Notes: generated from the sequence alone by a model not told the origin. A stretch of DNA of 64,000 bases from Candidatus Bathyarchaeota archaeon (GCA_963815095.1 CAWFFH010000005.1:32001-96000); one strand, 5' to 3'; shown: positions 45,965-57,008, numbered from the stretch's first letter. A program made the numbers and translations.

Positions 45965-47149
45965 TTATTCTTCTTCTGAGGGCATTCCAATTTTGCGTAG
46001 GTAGTCTTTGGCGTATTTTGGGTTGTAGGCTAAGAGTTCTTTACTACGTAGCAGGCGCCGTTCTAAGCGGACCAGTGCCACGCGGAAAGTTGGTTCTATG
46101 CCCCAGCCTTCAGATGCCGCGAAAAATGTGCCGCGAACTGTTCGGAACTGCAATCTGCAATGGACCAGCGGGGTTTCGCGTCCGACTACGTTTCCGTGGC
46201 TCTTCATGTACACAAAGAGTGTTCCCAACTGGAACGCTTCTTGGAACCGGTGCGAGAATGAGTCGAACTCGTTCATCATGAATGCTTGTTGGTCTGGTGT
46301 TACGTCTACGCCTTTGGTGCCGAATTGGATCGTTAATTTTCGTTGCGCAACTGCTTCAAGTTGAGAAATTGGCTCCAAAAAGTCAAGTTTTGTAACAATT
46401 CCCACTAATCGGTCGTTTGAAACAACCGCTACGCAGGAAACATCGTGTTTATGCATTTGTGCTTCCGCTTCACGTAAACTGGTTTTGGGTTCAACCATGA
46501 CAACTGGGCTTGACATGATTCCTTTTACGGCGACGCCTAATGTTTCGATTTTTTCGCCTATTATGTCGCCTGTGGTTTGGCGTCGTTGGGGCCAATAGAT
46601 GTTCTCCAAAATATCTTCGTAACTAACCATTCCCTCTAGTTTGCCGCCTTCCATAACTGGAATATGCGAAATTCCGTATTCACGCATCATTCCCAAAACG
46701 GCGCCGACACTGCGGTTTGACTCTAACGTGTGAGGTGCACGGGTCATAACTTTTTCAACATCGGTTTTACCCCAACCTTCTGAAACAGCTCCATGAATAA
46801 CATTTTCGTCTGTAACAAACCCTAACAGTTTTCCCTTTTCGAACAATGGTAGTTGTCGCATGCCACTTCCAATCATTAACTTTGCGAGTTCACCTAACGA
46901 GACATCAGGACCAACGACTGGAGCAACATGCATCAAAGATCGAACCTTAGCTACCGTTGGGTCGAGCCGCGACCGCAAAATTGCCCGCCTTGTAATCATG
47001 CCTGCATATTTTCCTTTCTCATCTAAAACGGCCAAAACTGGAGGCATGCCCTTCTTGAAACTTTCTAGGCATCTTGAAAGAGTATCGTTGTCTTGAACAG
47101 AGTTAAATTCTTTACAATAAATATCCTTAGCAGTAACGGACATGGACAT
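45965..47149 (-). CDS. Four-CBS-domain protein fused to an HPF/RaiA-like domain
   Basis: 4 CBS motifs; tail QFGTKGVDVTP...HCRLQFRT..GTFFAASEGWGIEPTFRVALVRLERRL with HPF-like topology. Confidence 0.75.
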   Translation of the reverse strand: MSMSVTAKDIYCKEFNSVQDNDTLSRCLESFKKGMPPVLAVLDEKGKYAGMITRRAILRSRLDPTVAKVRSLMHVAPVVGPDVSLGELAKLMIGSGMRQLPLFEKGKLLGFVTDENVIHGAVSEGWGKTDVEKVMTRAPHTLESNRSVGAVLGMMREYGISHIPVMEGGKLEGMVSYEDILENIYWPQRRQTTGDIIGEKIETLGVAVKGIMSSPVVMVEPKTSLREAEAQMHKHDVSCVAVVSNDRLVGIVTKLDFLEPISQLEAVAQRKLTIQFGTKGVDVTPDQQAFMMNEFDSFSHRFQEAFQLGTLFVYMKSHGNVVGRETPLVHCRLQFRTVRGTFFAASEGWGIEPTFRVALVRLERRLLRSKELLAYNPKYAKDYLRKIGMPSEEE

Positions 47150-47320
47150 AAATAATCACTGCAAACGTATAATTAATACGAAGAATTTAAACGTTGCAAG
47201 CTAAGTTGCCTGTAACTTTCAACCCAAACAGATTATTCTCTACAAATGTTGACTGATGTTTAAAGAAATTCATGCATAACTTCCATAACAAGCTTTTTTA
47301 GTTCACGCTTCACCCTTATT

Positions 47321-48376
47321 TTGCGGTGCACAATTACGGAAGAAGCAGATATTTGGACTCCTATGGATGGAGACACCTTCGTTACAAAAGATGGCTTCAT
47401 CATGAACACGTTTGGGTACGAACACCCAGATGACCGTGTTTTCGCGTTCCTCAAATACATCCCTGCGCAATACAAGCAGCTTTTCAACGTGGAAATGCTT
47501 ACCCGAACCTGGAAATTCGGCACAAACCCACTTACAAACCAGCTTTTCCGCGCCGAAAAACTCTACACGGCCAAAAACTACCAAACCTTCATCGAAGCCT
47601 TCCGCAAAACCTTCCCCAACTACCTCTATTTCGACCAAACACGCGGCAAAGAACTCATAACTGCCCCACTTGAAGCAATTGAGCAGGTTTTTGTTCCCAA
47701 AGACCGCTTAGTTTGGCTTCAGAACCTAAAGCACCCTGACAAACTCCAAGCAATGTCGCTCCAATTAATCGATTTAATCTCTAAAGAATCCGGTGTGCCA
47801 TGCACCGATCTGGGCATCCACGGTTCCATTGCGTTGGAAATGCATGCACCAGAATCCGACATCGACTTTGTTGTCTACGGCACAAACAACTTCCGTGTTG
47901 TTGAGGATGCAATTCAAAGGCTCGTAAACGAAAACAAGCTCACCTACATTGCTGGTAACCGTATTGAAGCTGCCCGCAAATTCGTGGGCAAATACCAAGG
48001 CAAAATCTGGATGTATAATGCAACCAAAAAACCTGAGGAAATCAAAAATCAATTCGGCGATTATACCTTTACGCCGTTGGCGCCTGTACGTTTCATTGCC
48101 ACCGTTTGTGATGACACGGAAACCATGTATCGCCCGGCAATCTACAAAATCAGCAACTACCAACCCCAAGATCCCCAATCGGAACTTGCCCTCGACAAAA
48201 TCCCAATTCAAGTAGTTTCAAATATCGGCTGCTACCGAAACGTTGCGAGACTAGGACAGCAAGTTAAAGTTGCAGGCACCCTTGAAAAAGTCCAATCAAC
48301 AAGTGATACCAGCATCTTCTATCAAGTCGTCGTTGGCACAGCTACTTCGGAAGAAGAATATATATGGCCACTGTAA
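47321..48376 (+). CDS. Pol-beta-type nucleotidyltransferase (COG1665-like), paralog 1
   Basis: FGYEHP N-domain; GIHGS...SDIDFVVYG; C-terminal OB-like VxGxLE. Confidence 0.82.
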   Translation: MRCTITEEADIWTPMDGDTFVTKDGFIMNTFGYEHPDDRVFAFLKYIPAQYKQLFNVEMLTRTWKFGTNPLTNQLFRAEKLYTAKNYQTFIEAFRKTFPNYLYFDQTRGKELITAPLEAIEQVFVPKDRLVWLQNLKHPDKLQAMSLQLIDLISKESGVPCTDLGIHGSIALEMHAPESDIDFVVYGTNNFRVVEDAIQRLVNENKLTYIAGNRIEAARKFVGKYQGKIWMYNATKKPEEIKNQFGDYTFTPLAPVRFIATVCDDTETMYRPAIYKISNYQPQDPQSELALDKIPIQVVSNIGCYRNVARLGQQVKVAGTLEKVQSTSDTSIFYQVVVGTATSEEEYIWPL

Positions 48377-49437
48377 AACTGCGGGACCGCGACGCCATCC
48401 AAACACAGGAAGGTTTGATTTTCCGCGTTTTCGGTTATAGTCACCCAAACGACGCTTACATCTGCGATGCGGAATATGCGAGCTCAAAGATTTTTAGGTC
48501 AAACGACCCGCGTGCACCAAGAACTGGGCGAAGTGAGCTCTTCTATAAATTCTACAACGATGAAGGCATGAAGCTCATCGCCAAAAAGTACCCTCAATAC
48601 CTTATCCAACACGAGATGCTTGGGTTAAAAATTGTCGGCGTTCAACAAACCTTAATCGTCGAAGCCCGACAACCCCAGCCGCGTCTTCAAGAACTTCTTA
48701 GGGCAGGACCAACCGACCCATTGCTCGCAGCTATGGAACGTGTATTGGACATTGCAACGGAAAAATCAGGTGTTCCACCCGAAAGTTTTGGGGTCTTTGG
48801 CTCTATGTTGCATGGTTTCCATCACCCAAAGTACTCCGACATTGACTTTACAATCTATGGTAAGGCTGAAAACGCTAAAATGTGTCAAACAATGGCCCAA
48901 CTCTATTCTGACAGCAGTTCAGGGTTAAGCAATGAATTCGAATCCGTGGACGTCATGAAGGGCAAAGATTGGCGATTCAAAAATTTCACGGTCGAAGATT
49001 TTGTTTGGCATCAACGCCGAAAAATGATTTACGGGTTATACGACGACACTAAAGCTAGCGGCAGAGTAATCAAAGCCGAATTTGAACCCGTGAAGTCCTG
49101 GAGCGAAATCAAATCCGAATATGACCCGCAAGCAAAAATTATTCAGAAGGGCTGGGTTAAACTGAAAGCCCACATAACCGCGGATGATGAGGCACCCTTT
49201 ATTCCATCTATTTACGGTATTGAGCCTTTGGAAGTTCTCAGTGGTTCCAAAGAAGCCCTGAAAGTTACGCGGATTTTCAGCTACATGGAAGAGTTCCGTC
49301 AGCAAGCCCAAAAAAACGAAACCGTAATTGTTGAAGGCAACTTAGAGGAAGTCGAATCTCCAGCAGGAAACTTCTGGCAGGTAACATTGACTTATTGCCC
49401 AAGCTACTATGAACAAGTCCTCAAAGTCCAGCATTAA
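48364..49437 (+). CDS. Pol-beta-type nucleotidyltransferase (COG1665-like), paralog 2
   Basis: FGYSHP; GVFGS...SDIDFTIYG; VEGNLE. Confidence 0.82.
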   Translation: MATVKLRDRDAIQTQEGLIFRVFGYSHPNDAYICDAEYASSKIFRSNDPRAPRTGRSELFYKFYNDEGMKLIAKKYPQYLIQHEMLGLKIVGVQQTLIVEARQPQPRLQELLRAGPTDPLLAAMERVLDIATEKSGVPPESFGVFGSMLHGFHHPKYSDIDFTIYGKAENAKMCQTMAQLYSDSSSGLSNEFESVDVMKGKDWRFKNFTVEDFVWHQRRKMIYGLYDDTKASGRVIKAEFEPVKSWSEIKSEYDPQAKIIQKGWVKLKAHITADDEAPFIPSIYGIEPLEVLSGSKEALKVTRIFSYMEEFRQQAQKNETVIVEGNLEEVESPAGNFWQVTLTYCPSYYEQVLKVQH

Positions 49438-49917
49438 TTCACTACGAAGAAATAGAATGCGTTTGGGTTGATTGTTATTGCAACCGTTGGGCAGAATTCA
49501 GTTGCAGCAGCAGCAGCATCTTCTCCAGCTCCCTATTGCTATAGCTCCTGTTAGTCCTTATCGGCGTTTGACGTTGTGGCTGCAGTTTAATGGCTAACCT
49601 ATTCAATTTGGATTTATCTCTGAAAGATAACACCCATTTGCAATTTGCGGCCACAGTATCATCACCATCATCATTATCTTCTATGGGAATTTTTCAATGA
49701 GGTACACTCTTGGTAACAGTGAAGCGCAGAAAAAACTCAAAGTAATTTTTTAGCGGGATGAACATCTTTGATTTGATATTGTGCCTTTCTAGATGATCTT
49801 TTTAAAATTGTCGAGGGCATCTTGTAAACAAAGTTTTAAACAAATATAACTTGAAAAAGAGATTAAGCGGCAGTTATTTGGGGGATTCATATTAACAATG
49901 CGCGCATAGAATTTCTT

Positions 49918-50106
49918 TTGGTAATAGCTTTTGCAGTCATTGGTGCAATTCTGCTTGTTCTCGGTCTTCTACTCTCATTATACGCCTTAAGACCAAGCCT
50001 GGACTTTATTATTTTTGGCTTATTATTGCTACTTGTAGCGTTCATTCTTGCAGTTCAATTCGGATTTTTAGAAAGAGACTACAGCATTTATTCTGGTCCA
50101 TTTTAG
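49918..50106 (+). CDS. Small two-TM membrane protein
   Basis: Two hydrophobic helices; TATA-like and GGGGGA upstream. Confidence 0.6.
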   Translation: MVIAFAVIGAILLVLGLLLSLYALRPSLDFIIFGLLLLLVAFILAVQFGFLERDYSIYSGPF

Positions 50107-50115
50107 CATGAAAGC

Positions 50116-51168
50116 TTACAAGTGAGCAGTGGTTTTGCGGATTACCATGTAGTCTGTTGGTTTGTTTCCGATAATGACGCGGTAATGCGTTTCTCCTGTT
50201 CTGTGGTCTGTAACATGCTCGATTTTTCCCTGAACCTCAACTGTGGTGGGTTCTCGTTGATTTGTAGGTACTTGCTGGCAGAACCTGCCGCGGAAAGAAA
50301 CAACCTCAGTAATTGGCGAGAGTTTGGGTCCTTCAACAACCGCAATATCTTTGAGTTTGTATGTGCAGGGCGTAAAAAGTGAATCTGAGGCGTCAGCTAT
50401 GTTGGCAACTATTTTTGTGTACCCAGCGTTTTTGTAGCACACATCGCCATACTGCTCGTTTGTTTCGCTCCAGTCCTTCACGAAGCGGATGAAGTAGTCG
50501 GTTCCCATGAACATGCCTTGGAAAGCTTTTCGGCTTTCGATCTCTGTGAAGTCTTCGAAGCTCATCTGGGTGTCTTTTGAACGGAACTCATAGAGCGTCT
50601 GCAGTTCCTCTATGGTGTAGGGTTTGAAGCCTGAACCCTCGATTTTACGTAGTTGTTGCAGGGCGTCGTAGGCTTTGCGGCTGTTTTCTACGCCGTAAAC
50701 GAGTGGGTCGATATCTGATTTTTCAGTTGTTAACCCTGCCATTATCGAGCCTGAAACGCCGATGGCGCTCCAAGGAATGCCTGCTTTCGCCTTTAATGTT
50801 TGAGCCAACTGCAAAGCTTTGCTTTCAAGCACAGTAAGATCCTTAGCTGACCGTAATGCCCAAAGCTTCTCCTCGGGCTTATAATGCTCAGCTACTTGTG
50901 CAACTGGAACCTCACACATCGTCTCTCCGAACACCGAGTCAAAAACGATGAGTTCAGGATGGTTCTCTTGCAGGTATTTAAAGCGGTCACCGAGACTGTA
51001 CACTTTGCCATATAATGCGTCTTTACCTTGCCTTGTGCCCTGCGGTAAGGGTATGAAGCGGGGAAACGCTATTACCTTGTTTGGCGGGTGAACTAAGCCT
51101 TTAACGTCAAAAACTACGTTACTTTTGGTTTTAATTAAGTCGCCTTCGCGTGCTTTCATTCCAATCAA
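50116..51168 (-). CDS. Pol-beta-type nucleotidyltransferase (COG1665-like), paralog 3
   Basis: KGLVHP; GVSGS...SDIDPLVYG; VQGKIE. Confidence 0.82.
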   Translation of the reverse strand: MIGMKAREGDLIKTKSNVVFDVKGLVHPPNKVIAFPRFIPLPQGTRQGKDALYGKVYSLGDRFKYLQENHPELIVFDSVFGETMCEVPVAQVAEHYKPEEKLWALRSAKDLTVLESKALQLAQTLKAKAGIPWSAIGVSGSIMAGLTTEKSDIDPLVYGVENSRKAYDALQQLRKIEGSGFKPYTIEELQTLYEFRSKDTQMSFEDFTEIESRKAFQGMFMGTDYFIRFVKDWSETNEQYGDVCYKNAGYTKIVANIADASDSLFTPCTYKLKDIAVVEGPKLSPITEVVSFRGRFCQQVPTNQREPTTVEVQGKIEHVTDHRTGETHYRVIIGNKPTDYMVIRKTTAHL

Positions 51169-51232
51169 TTGTTTGTAGTTTTCAAAACTTTAATAAACCT
51201 TTTTTAAACCACTTACCCAGAAGGCCACATCA

Positions 51233-52180
51233 ATGAGCAGCTGCGAAAAAGCTCAACATATCTCAAGATGCCTCCAACTGGCGATAATGCTGGAAGTCAG
51301 CAGCCAAAAACCGGGCAACGTCAGCTTTACCTCTAGCTTTGAGGGAACAAGGGTGGAGCATTTTTTAGCTTCAGCTGTTGCTGCGGGTCCAACTTTTCAA
51401 GAAGCTGCTTACCTTGGAACTTCGGTGGCGGAGAGCAGGCTTGAGGTTGGCAAGGTCGGCGTTGGTGGGCTCATTAAGGATTGTGCTATGGATGTTAATG
51501 CTTGGCAGAGGGGTGGAAACACTATTCTGGGCACGGTTATGCTGTTTGTTCCCATAGCGGTTGCGGCTGGTATGACATCGAGTAAAGAAGGCTACGTTTT
51601 TGATTTCAAGAAAATGCGAAAGAACATCGACTTAGCCGTTAAATCCACATCTGCGTGGGATTCGGTTCACCTCTACGAAGCAGTCGACATAGCTAATCCC
51701 AGCGGACTTGGTGATGCACCAGACCTCGACGTAACCGACCCCGCCTCCAAAGAGCGCCTGCTAAAAGAGAATGTAAGTTTGTTTGAGGTTTTCAAAATCG
51801 CCTCAAGCTACGACGATATCTGCTACGAATGGGTCAACAATTACCCAATAACTTTCGATTTAGCATACCCCTACCTGTTGGGTCAGCTCAAAAGCAAACC
51901 CCTCAACACTGCAGTCGTCCAAACTTTCCTAAAAATCCTCTCCGAACGCCCAGACACTTTCATAGCACGAAAGGCAAGCAAAGAAAAATCGCTTGAAGTA
52001 TCCTCAGAGGCTAAAGAGATACTGGAATTAGGCGGCTTGGAAACTGCTAAAGGAAGAAAGAGTCTTGCAGAATTCGACAAAAAACTCCGCATAAAAGGTA
52101 ACTCATGCAATCCTGGCACAACAGCCGATTTAACAGCGGCGGCTTTGGCACTCTGTACCCTAAGTGGATATAGACCCTAA
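51233..52180 (+). CDS. citG: CitG-like triphosphoribosyl-dephospho-CoA synthase family protein (archaeal/H4MPT-linked type)
   Basis: LEVS..KPGNV, NTILG, DTFIARK, NPGTTADL. Confidence 0.88.
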   Translation: MSSCEKAQHISRCLQLAIMLEVSSQKPGNVSFTSSFEGTRVEHFLASAVAAGPTFQEAAYLGTSVAESRLEVGKVGVGGLIKDCAMDVNAWQRGGNTILGTVMLFVPIAVAAGMTSSKEGYVFDFKKMRKNIDLAVKSTSAWDSVHLYEAVDIANPSGLGDAPDLDVTDPASKERLLKENVSLFEVFKIASSYDDICYEWVNNYPITFDLAYPYLLGQLKSKPLNTAVVQTFLKILSERPDTFIARKASKEKSLEVSSEAKEILELGGLETAKGRKSLAEFDKKLRIKGNSCNPGTTADLTAAALALCTLSGYRP

Positions 52181-52389
52181 GCTCTCTTCAACAAGCATTC
52201 GATTTGAAAAACACCAATAGGGATCTACCCGTCTATTATTTCTACAGAGGATACAAACATGATTCTATCTTCTGTTTTAAGTGTGCAAAGAAATCAATTA
52301 AGCTTAAAACTGTCAAAATAGGAAATGTGCAGCGTTAACTTTAATATTTAAAGCCATAAAGCATTAAGGTACTCCAAAGGTGAAAAGTT

Positions 52390-53355
52390 ATGGGAAATGC
52401 GTTAAGCGTAAATCAAATGGCTTGGAACATAGCTCAAAAATTTATTGATAACCCAGAATTTTACGGTATAACCGTTTCAAAATCAACTACGGGCGCCACA
52501 ATAGTTGATGCAGGCGTAGAAGCATCGGGCGGCTTTCAGGCAGGAAAAAAACTAACCGAATTATGCATGGGCGGAGCCGGCAAAGCACAGTTAGGCTTCA
52601 AAACTTATGGGGACTTGACATTTCCATCAATTACTGTTTCCTCAGACCATCCAGCGATTGCCATGTTGGGCTCGCAGTTTGCAGGATGGCGCATCAAAGA
52701 ACCAGACGGCAATATAGCTATTGGTTCCGGACCAGTCCGGGCGTTAGCACTTAAACCAAAAGACGTTTTCGAAGAAATAGCATACAAAGACGTAAGCGAC
52801 AAAGCTGTCATCACCTTGGAGAGCAATGTTTTGCCATCTGACGCTTTAATAGAAAAGGTTACGGTGGCAAGTGGCATTTCTGCCCCAAATCTGATCGTTG
52901 TGGTAGCTCCGACCGCAAGTATGGCAGGGTTAACGCAGGTCGCTGGCAGAGTGGTTGAAGTAGGCATTCACAAGCTGAAAACTTTAGGTTTAAGTCCAAA
53001 AGTTATCCGTTACGCGATGGGTTATGCGCCTATTCCACCAGTTGGCATGGATTTTGAGGTTGCGATGGCACGCACCAACGATGCTATACTCTACGGAGGA
53101 ACTGTTTACTTGACTGTTGACTATGATGATGAATCCGCATTGCAAAACATGGTTAATCAAGCTCCATCACTGGCGTCCAAGGATTACGGCAAACCGTTTC
53201 TGCAGATTTTCCGCGAAGCCGACAAAGATTTCTACAAAATCGACCATGGCTTATTCGCCCCTGCAATCCTAATAATTAACAACGCCAAAACAGGGCGAAC
53301 TTTCAAGGCAGGACAAATAAACCCTAAGGTATTAGCTCAATCCTTAGGATTCTAA
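52390..53355 (+). CDS. mch: Methenyltetrahydromethanopterin cyclohydrolase
   Basis: SVN, DAGV..GG, CMGG, GSQFAGW, GSGP.RALA, RVVEVG.HK, RTNDAILYGG, DFYKID.GLFAP. Confidence 0.96.
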   Translation: MGNALSVNQMAWNIAQKFIDNPEFYGITVSKSTTGATIVDAGVEASGGFQAGKKLTELCMGGAGKAQLGFKTYGDLTFPSITVSSDHPAIAMLGSQFAGWRIKEPDGNIAIGSGPVRALALKPKDVFEEIAYKDVSDKAVITLESNVLPSDALIEKVTVASGISAPNLIVVVAPTASMAGLTQVAGRVVEVGIHKLKTLGLSPKVIRYAMGYAPIPPVGMDFEVAMARTNDAILYGGTVYLTVDYDDESALQNMVNQAPSLASKDYGKPFLQIFREADKDFYKIDHGLFAPAILIINNAKTGRTFKAGQINPKVLAQSLGF

Positions 53356-53362
53356 ATTTTTC

Positions 53363-53992
53363 TTATTTTTGGGTGTTTGGTATCGGGCATTTTTCTATTT
53401 GTGGCATTGTTAAGTGGAGGACTTTTTGAACTCTTTGTGCGACTATCCACCCTATAGGAATTGTATATAGTGCGAGTGTTGCGTTGAAGAAGGCGGCAAA
53501 TGGAAGATAAGCGACTGTTGCATCTACAGGGAATGAGAAACCGATTGGTGAAGGCTGAGGAAGGGCTAAGAGCAGAACAACTGACATGAATGCTACTCTA
53601 GTTATGATTCCTAATGTTGTTGCGATTCCTGCCCATTTGGCTTTTGAGAGTATGTTTGTGTCTGGGTTTTTTGAGCAGAAGAACCTTTTTCCGACTGCTA
53701 CTGCCGAAAAAATTCCAACTTGCATGGACAAGGTTGCAGCCAGATTGTAGAGCGGTCCTGTAGGTAGAACGCCTGGGAAAATGGCGAATAGAACTGCTGT
53801 GTTTAGCAAGGATACTCCTAGTCCAGCTGCAGGGCTTATTATTAAGAAGGCGATTACGATGGGGATTTCCCATATTTGGTAGAAAAGCCCTTGTGCAAAG
53901 GGGGCTTGGAGGCTGATGAAGGTGAATGTTGGGTTTAACGCAATTGCTACTGCGGCAAACACTATGGTTAATGTGAGTTTTTTGGTGTTCAC
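53363..53992 (-). CDS. ECF-type transporter S component-like membrane protein
   Basis: About 5-6 TM, ~200 aa, YQIWEIP motif. Confidence 0.7.
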   Translation of the reverse strand: MNTKKLTLTIVFAAVAIALNPTFTFISLQAPFAQGLFYQIWEIPIVIAFLIISPAAGLGVSLLNTAVLFAIFPGVLPTGPLYNLAATLSMQVGIFSAVAVGKRFFCSKNPDTNILSKAKWAGIATTLGIITRVAFMSVVLLLALPQPSPIGFSFPVDATVAYLPFAAFFNATLALYTIPIGWIVAQRVQKVLHLTMPQIEKCPIPNTQK

Positions 53993-54117
53993 TTTTTTCC
54001 CTTGCTGTTTGATACAATACTGCTACCTATTTAAGAGTAACTACCCAAAAATAGGTTGGTGAATTGGGCTAAAATTGATAAACAAGCCAACACAACTTAT
54101 CCTAAAGTGAAGAAGTA

Positions 54118-55371
54118 TTGACCGAATCAACCCTCAAGTTTGCATCTTCAGAAGAAATTAAACGTTGGCTTGAAAACCAAACCAGCTCCACCCTCACACC
54201 CGTACATGCCCAAGCCAAAAAACTACGCGACGAAATGAACTCTTCAATCCAAGCCGTCGCCGAAGTTAGCAAACAGCTCTTTGATACAAGTTCCAAAGAA
54301 ATCGAAAAAAGGAACATGAAAGTTTACAACCGCGCCAGAGCCCTAAACAAACTTGCCAGACTATTCCTCGATCGCCTCAAAAAACTCAATCCTCCCGAAC
54401 AAGTCTCCTACGAGAGCATGAGCAGGTACGTTCAGGAAACACAAAAAGTCCTATTGGTAACTGATATAGACATCAAGAATTGGTTTCCAAGAATTTCACC
54501 ATTTTTCATTATGGATAGACGAAAATTCTTAGCAGTGTACGAGCGAGCCAAACAATCCTACAACACTCTAAACGATTACCTCACAAAGGAGTATGTTAAA
54601 ACAAAAACTTTGGAAGAGGCCCTCCAACAAATCAACGAATTGAAAAATGTAGAAAAACAGTTAGTCATACTTGGCGAAGAAAAAGAAACCATAAAGAACG
54701 AGCGCAAACCAATCGAGCAAGACATTGCCGCTTTAGAGGAAAAAATCAATGAGCTCAAATGCAAAGGACCAATCGACAAACTTAACATGGTTAGCTGTGA
54801 GATTGAATCCTTAAGCAGCGAATTGAAACATGAGCTTAGGCACTTGCAGAAACCCTTCATCAAAATGCAAGCCTTAGCCATAGGGGGCGGCGGCGGAGGA
54901 ATAACACCCGACGAACTAAACAAGATAAACCAGTACCTCGAGAAGCCTTTTGATGCGTTCGTGTCCGAGAAATTGGGGTATCCACAGTTGAAGGAGATTT
55001 TGCAGAAGCTTGAGGAGATGATAGCTGAGGATAAGCTGAAGTTGAAGCCTGAGAAGGCTCGGAAAGCGACTGATTCCGTGGCTGAGATTCTGCATAAGGA
55101 TTCTTTAGGGAAACTGCAGCTAAGATGCATTGAAATGGCGACGAATAAGGAGCAGTTGTTGGCGTCGGCGAAGATGGATGAAATTAATCAGAACCTGGCA
55201 CAATTCCAAGAACAAGTCGATCAACTAAAAGCTAGAAAAACAAGCGTAGAAACACACGAAGCCGTCAAAGAAAACGCCTACAAAGAATCTGAAGACAAAA
55301 TTAGCAGCCTTAAACGCACCATCGAGAAAAACGTCTATAGTTCAATCGACAAAAAAATCCAAATCACATAA
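54118..55371 (+). CDS. Coiled-coil hypothetical protein
   Basis: 417 aa, helical, E/K-rich. Confidence 0.8.
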   Translation: MTESTLKFASSEEIKRWLENQTSSTLTPVHAQAKKLRDEMNSSIQAVAEVSKQLFDTSSKEIEKRNMKVYNRARALNKLARLFLDRLKKLNPPEQVSYESMSRYVQETQKVLLVTDIDIKNWFPRISPFFIMDRRKFLAVYERAKQSYNTLNDYLTKEYVKTKTLEEALQQINELKNVEKQLVILGEEKETIKNERKPIEQDIAALEEKINELKCKGPIDKLNMVSCEIESLSSELKHELRHLQKPFIKMQALAIGGGGGGITPDELNKINQYLEKPFDAFVSEKLGYPQLKEILQKLEEMIAEDKLKLKPEKARKATDSVAEILHKDSLGKLQLRCIEMATNKEQLLASAKMDEINQNLAQFQEQVDQLKARKTSVETHEAVKENAYKESEDKISSLKRTIEKNVYSSIDKKIQIT

Positions 55372-55457
55372 GCTCCTATAATTTGGGTTTATCAGCATGC
55401 TTTTATTTCTGTAGCAACTATCCAGTAAACAAAATTACTGCGTTGAAGGCAAACGTG

Positions 55458-57008
55458 ATGGCTGAACTTAGAACCCAAGAACAACAAGTACTCGCAGCAT
55501 TGGAATCTCTCGGAGGAAGCGCAACCGTAGACCAAATAATCCAAACCTGCCAAATCCAAGACACAGCAGTCATGCGCACCGCCTTAACCCTCCAAGAAAA
55601 AAACCTTATCGTTATTAAAGCAAAAATTCAAAATATCATCAAACTAACCCCAGAAGGAGAAAAATACGCCAAAGATGGCCTGCCTGAACGCAATCTTATC
55701 CTTGCCATCGCAGAACTCGGTGGATCAGCAGACCTTCAAACAGCCGCCAAAAAAGCCAATTTACCAACAGAAATCACTCAAATCGCCCTCGGATGGATTA
55801 TGAGAAAAAAATGGGCAACCTACACGCCTCAAAACAACACCCTTCGCATCACTGAAGCACTTTTGCACCAAACAACTATTCCTGAAGGATGCGAGGAAAC
55901 CCTTCTGAAGTACCTTGAGAATAAAAAAAAGGAAGCCCAAGAAGTCCTCAGCCCAGAACTCCAACAGGCAACCGAACAACTAAAAAAACGAAAGCTCCTC
56001 ACAATCGAACCCAAAACAACACGAACGCTCCAAATCACCCCAGAAGGAAAAACAATCACGAAAACCAGGTCCGATAATATCGTCTCAAGTGCAACTATCA
56101 AACCAATTATTACCCAACTCAAACCTCAGGATATAATTAATGGAACTTGGCGCAATTCCGAACTTCAAAAATACAATATACAAGCGCCAGTCACCAAAAC
56201 ATGGGGTGGCAAAAAGCATCCATATCTGCAATTTCTCGATGAAGTCCGCGCGAAGTTGGTTCAGTTAGGATTTAAAGAGATGACTGGAACAGCTGTTGAA
56301 ACAGGCTTCTTCAACTTTGACGCTCTCTATGTGCCCCAAGACCATCCAGCACGGGAAGCAAGCGACATCTATTACATTAAAGACCCACAATGTGGAGACA
56401 TCAGCCAACATGCCAAAATAATAGAACACGTGAAGGAAGCTCACGAAAACGGCTGGAAAACAGGCTCCACTGGCTGGGGATACAAATACTCGCTAGCAAC
56501 CGCCCAACGCTTACTGCTTCGAGGACATGGTACATGTCTGAGCGCCAGAACTCTTGAAGCGGGCAACTTTGAAGTGCCAAGCAAACATTTCTCCATTGCA
56601 CGCGTTTACCGCCCTGAAATCACTGACAAAACTCACCTCTCAGAATTCAACCAAGTTGAAGGTATAGTAATCGACAAAAACCTCAACCTAAAAGATCTCC
56701 TCGGTGTGTTGGGCAAGTTCGCGATGGAAATTGCCGGAGCCGACAAAATCCGCTTCAAGCCAGACTATTTCCCATTTACTGAACCCAGTGTTGAACTCAG
56801 CGCCTACAAAGAAGGTTACGGCTGGGTCGAATTTGGCGGTTCAGGAATTTTCCGTCCCGAAGTCACAATGCCACTAGGGGTAAAGGAACCCGTGATTGCT
56901 TGGGGGTTGGGAGTGGATCGTTTGTTTATGATGCGTGCAGGCATCGAGGATATTCGCATGATTTTTAGCCAAGACCTCAGTTGGCTAAGAAAAAAACAGG
57001 TGACCTAA
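55458..57008 (+). CDS. pheS: Phenylalanyl-tRNA synthetase alpha subunit
   Basis: FNFDALYVPQDHPAR, EFNQVEG, YFPFTEPS, GIFRPE, AWGLGVDR. Confidence 0.97.
   Translation: MAELRTQEQQVLAALESLGGSATVDQIIQTCQIQDTAVMRTALTLQEKNLIVIKAKIQNIIKLTPEGEKYAKDGLPERNLILAIAELGGSADLQTAAKKANLPTEITQIALGWIMRKKWATYTPQNNTLRITEALLHQTTIPEGCEETLLKYLENKKKEAQEVLSPELQQATEQLKKRKLLTIEPKTTRTLQITPEGKTITKTRSDNIVSSATIKPIITQLKPQDIINGTWRNSELQKYNIQAPVTKTWGGKKHPYLQFLDEVRAKLVQLGFKEMTGTAVETGFFNFDALYVPQDHPAREASDIYYIKDPQCGDISQHAKIIEHVKEAHENGWKTGSTGWGYKYSLATAQRLLLRGHGTCLSARTLEAGNFEVPSKHFSIARVYRPEITDKTHLSEFNQVEGIVIDKNLNLKDLLGVLGKFAMEIAGADKIRFKPDYFPFTEPSVELSAYKEGYGWVEFGGSGIFRPEVTMPLGVKEPVIAWGLGVDRLFMMRAGIEDIRMIFSQDLSWLRKKQVT

Noticed and set aside
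49440-49900. Intergenic stretch with (GCA)n and (ATC)n runs and a minus-strand CPTVAITI ferredoxin-like fragment
   Set aside because: No CxxCxxC partner motif and no coherent ORF; may be a decayed gene but cannot be supported.
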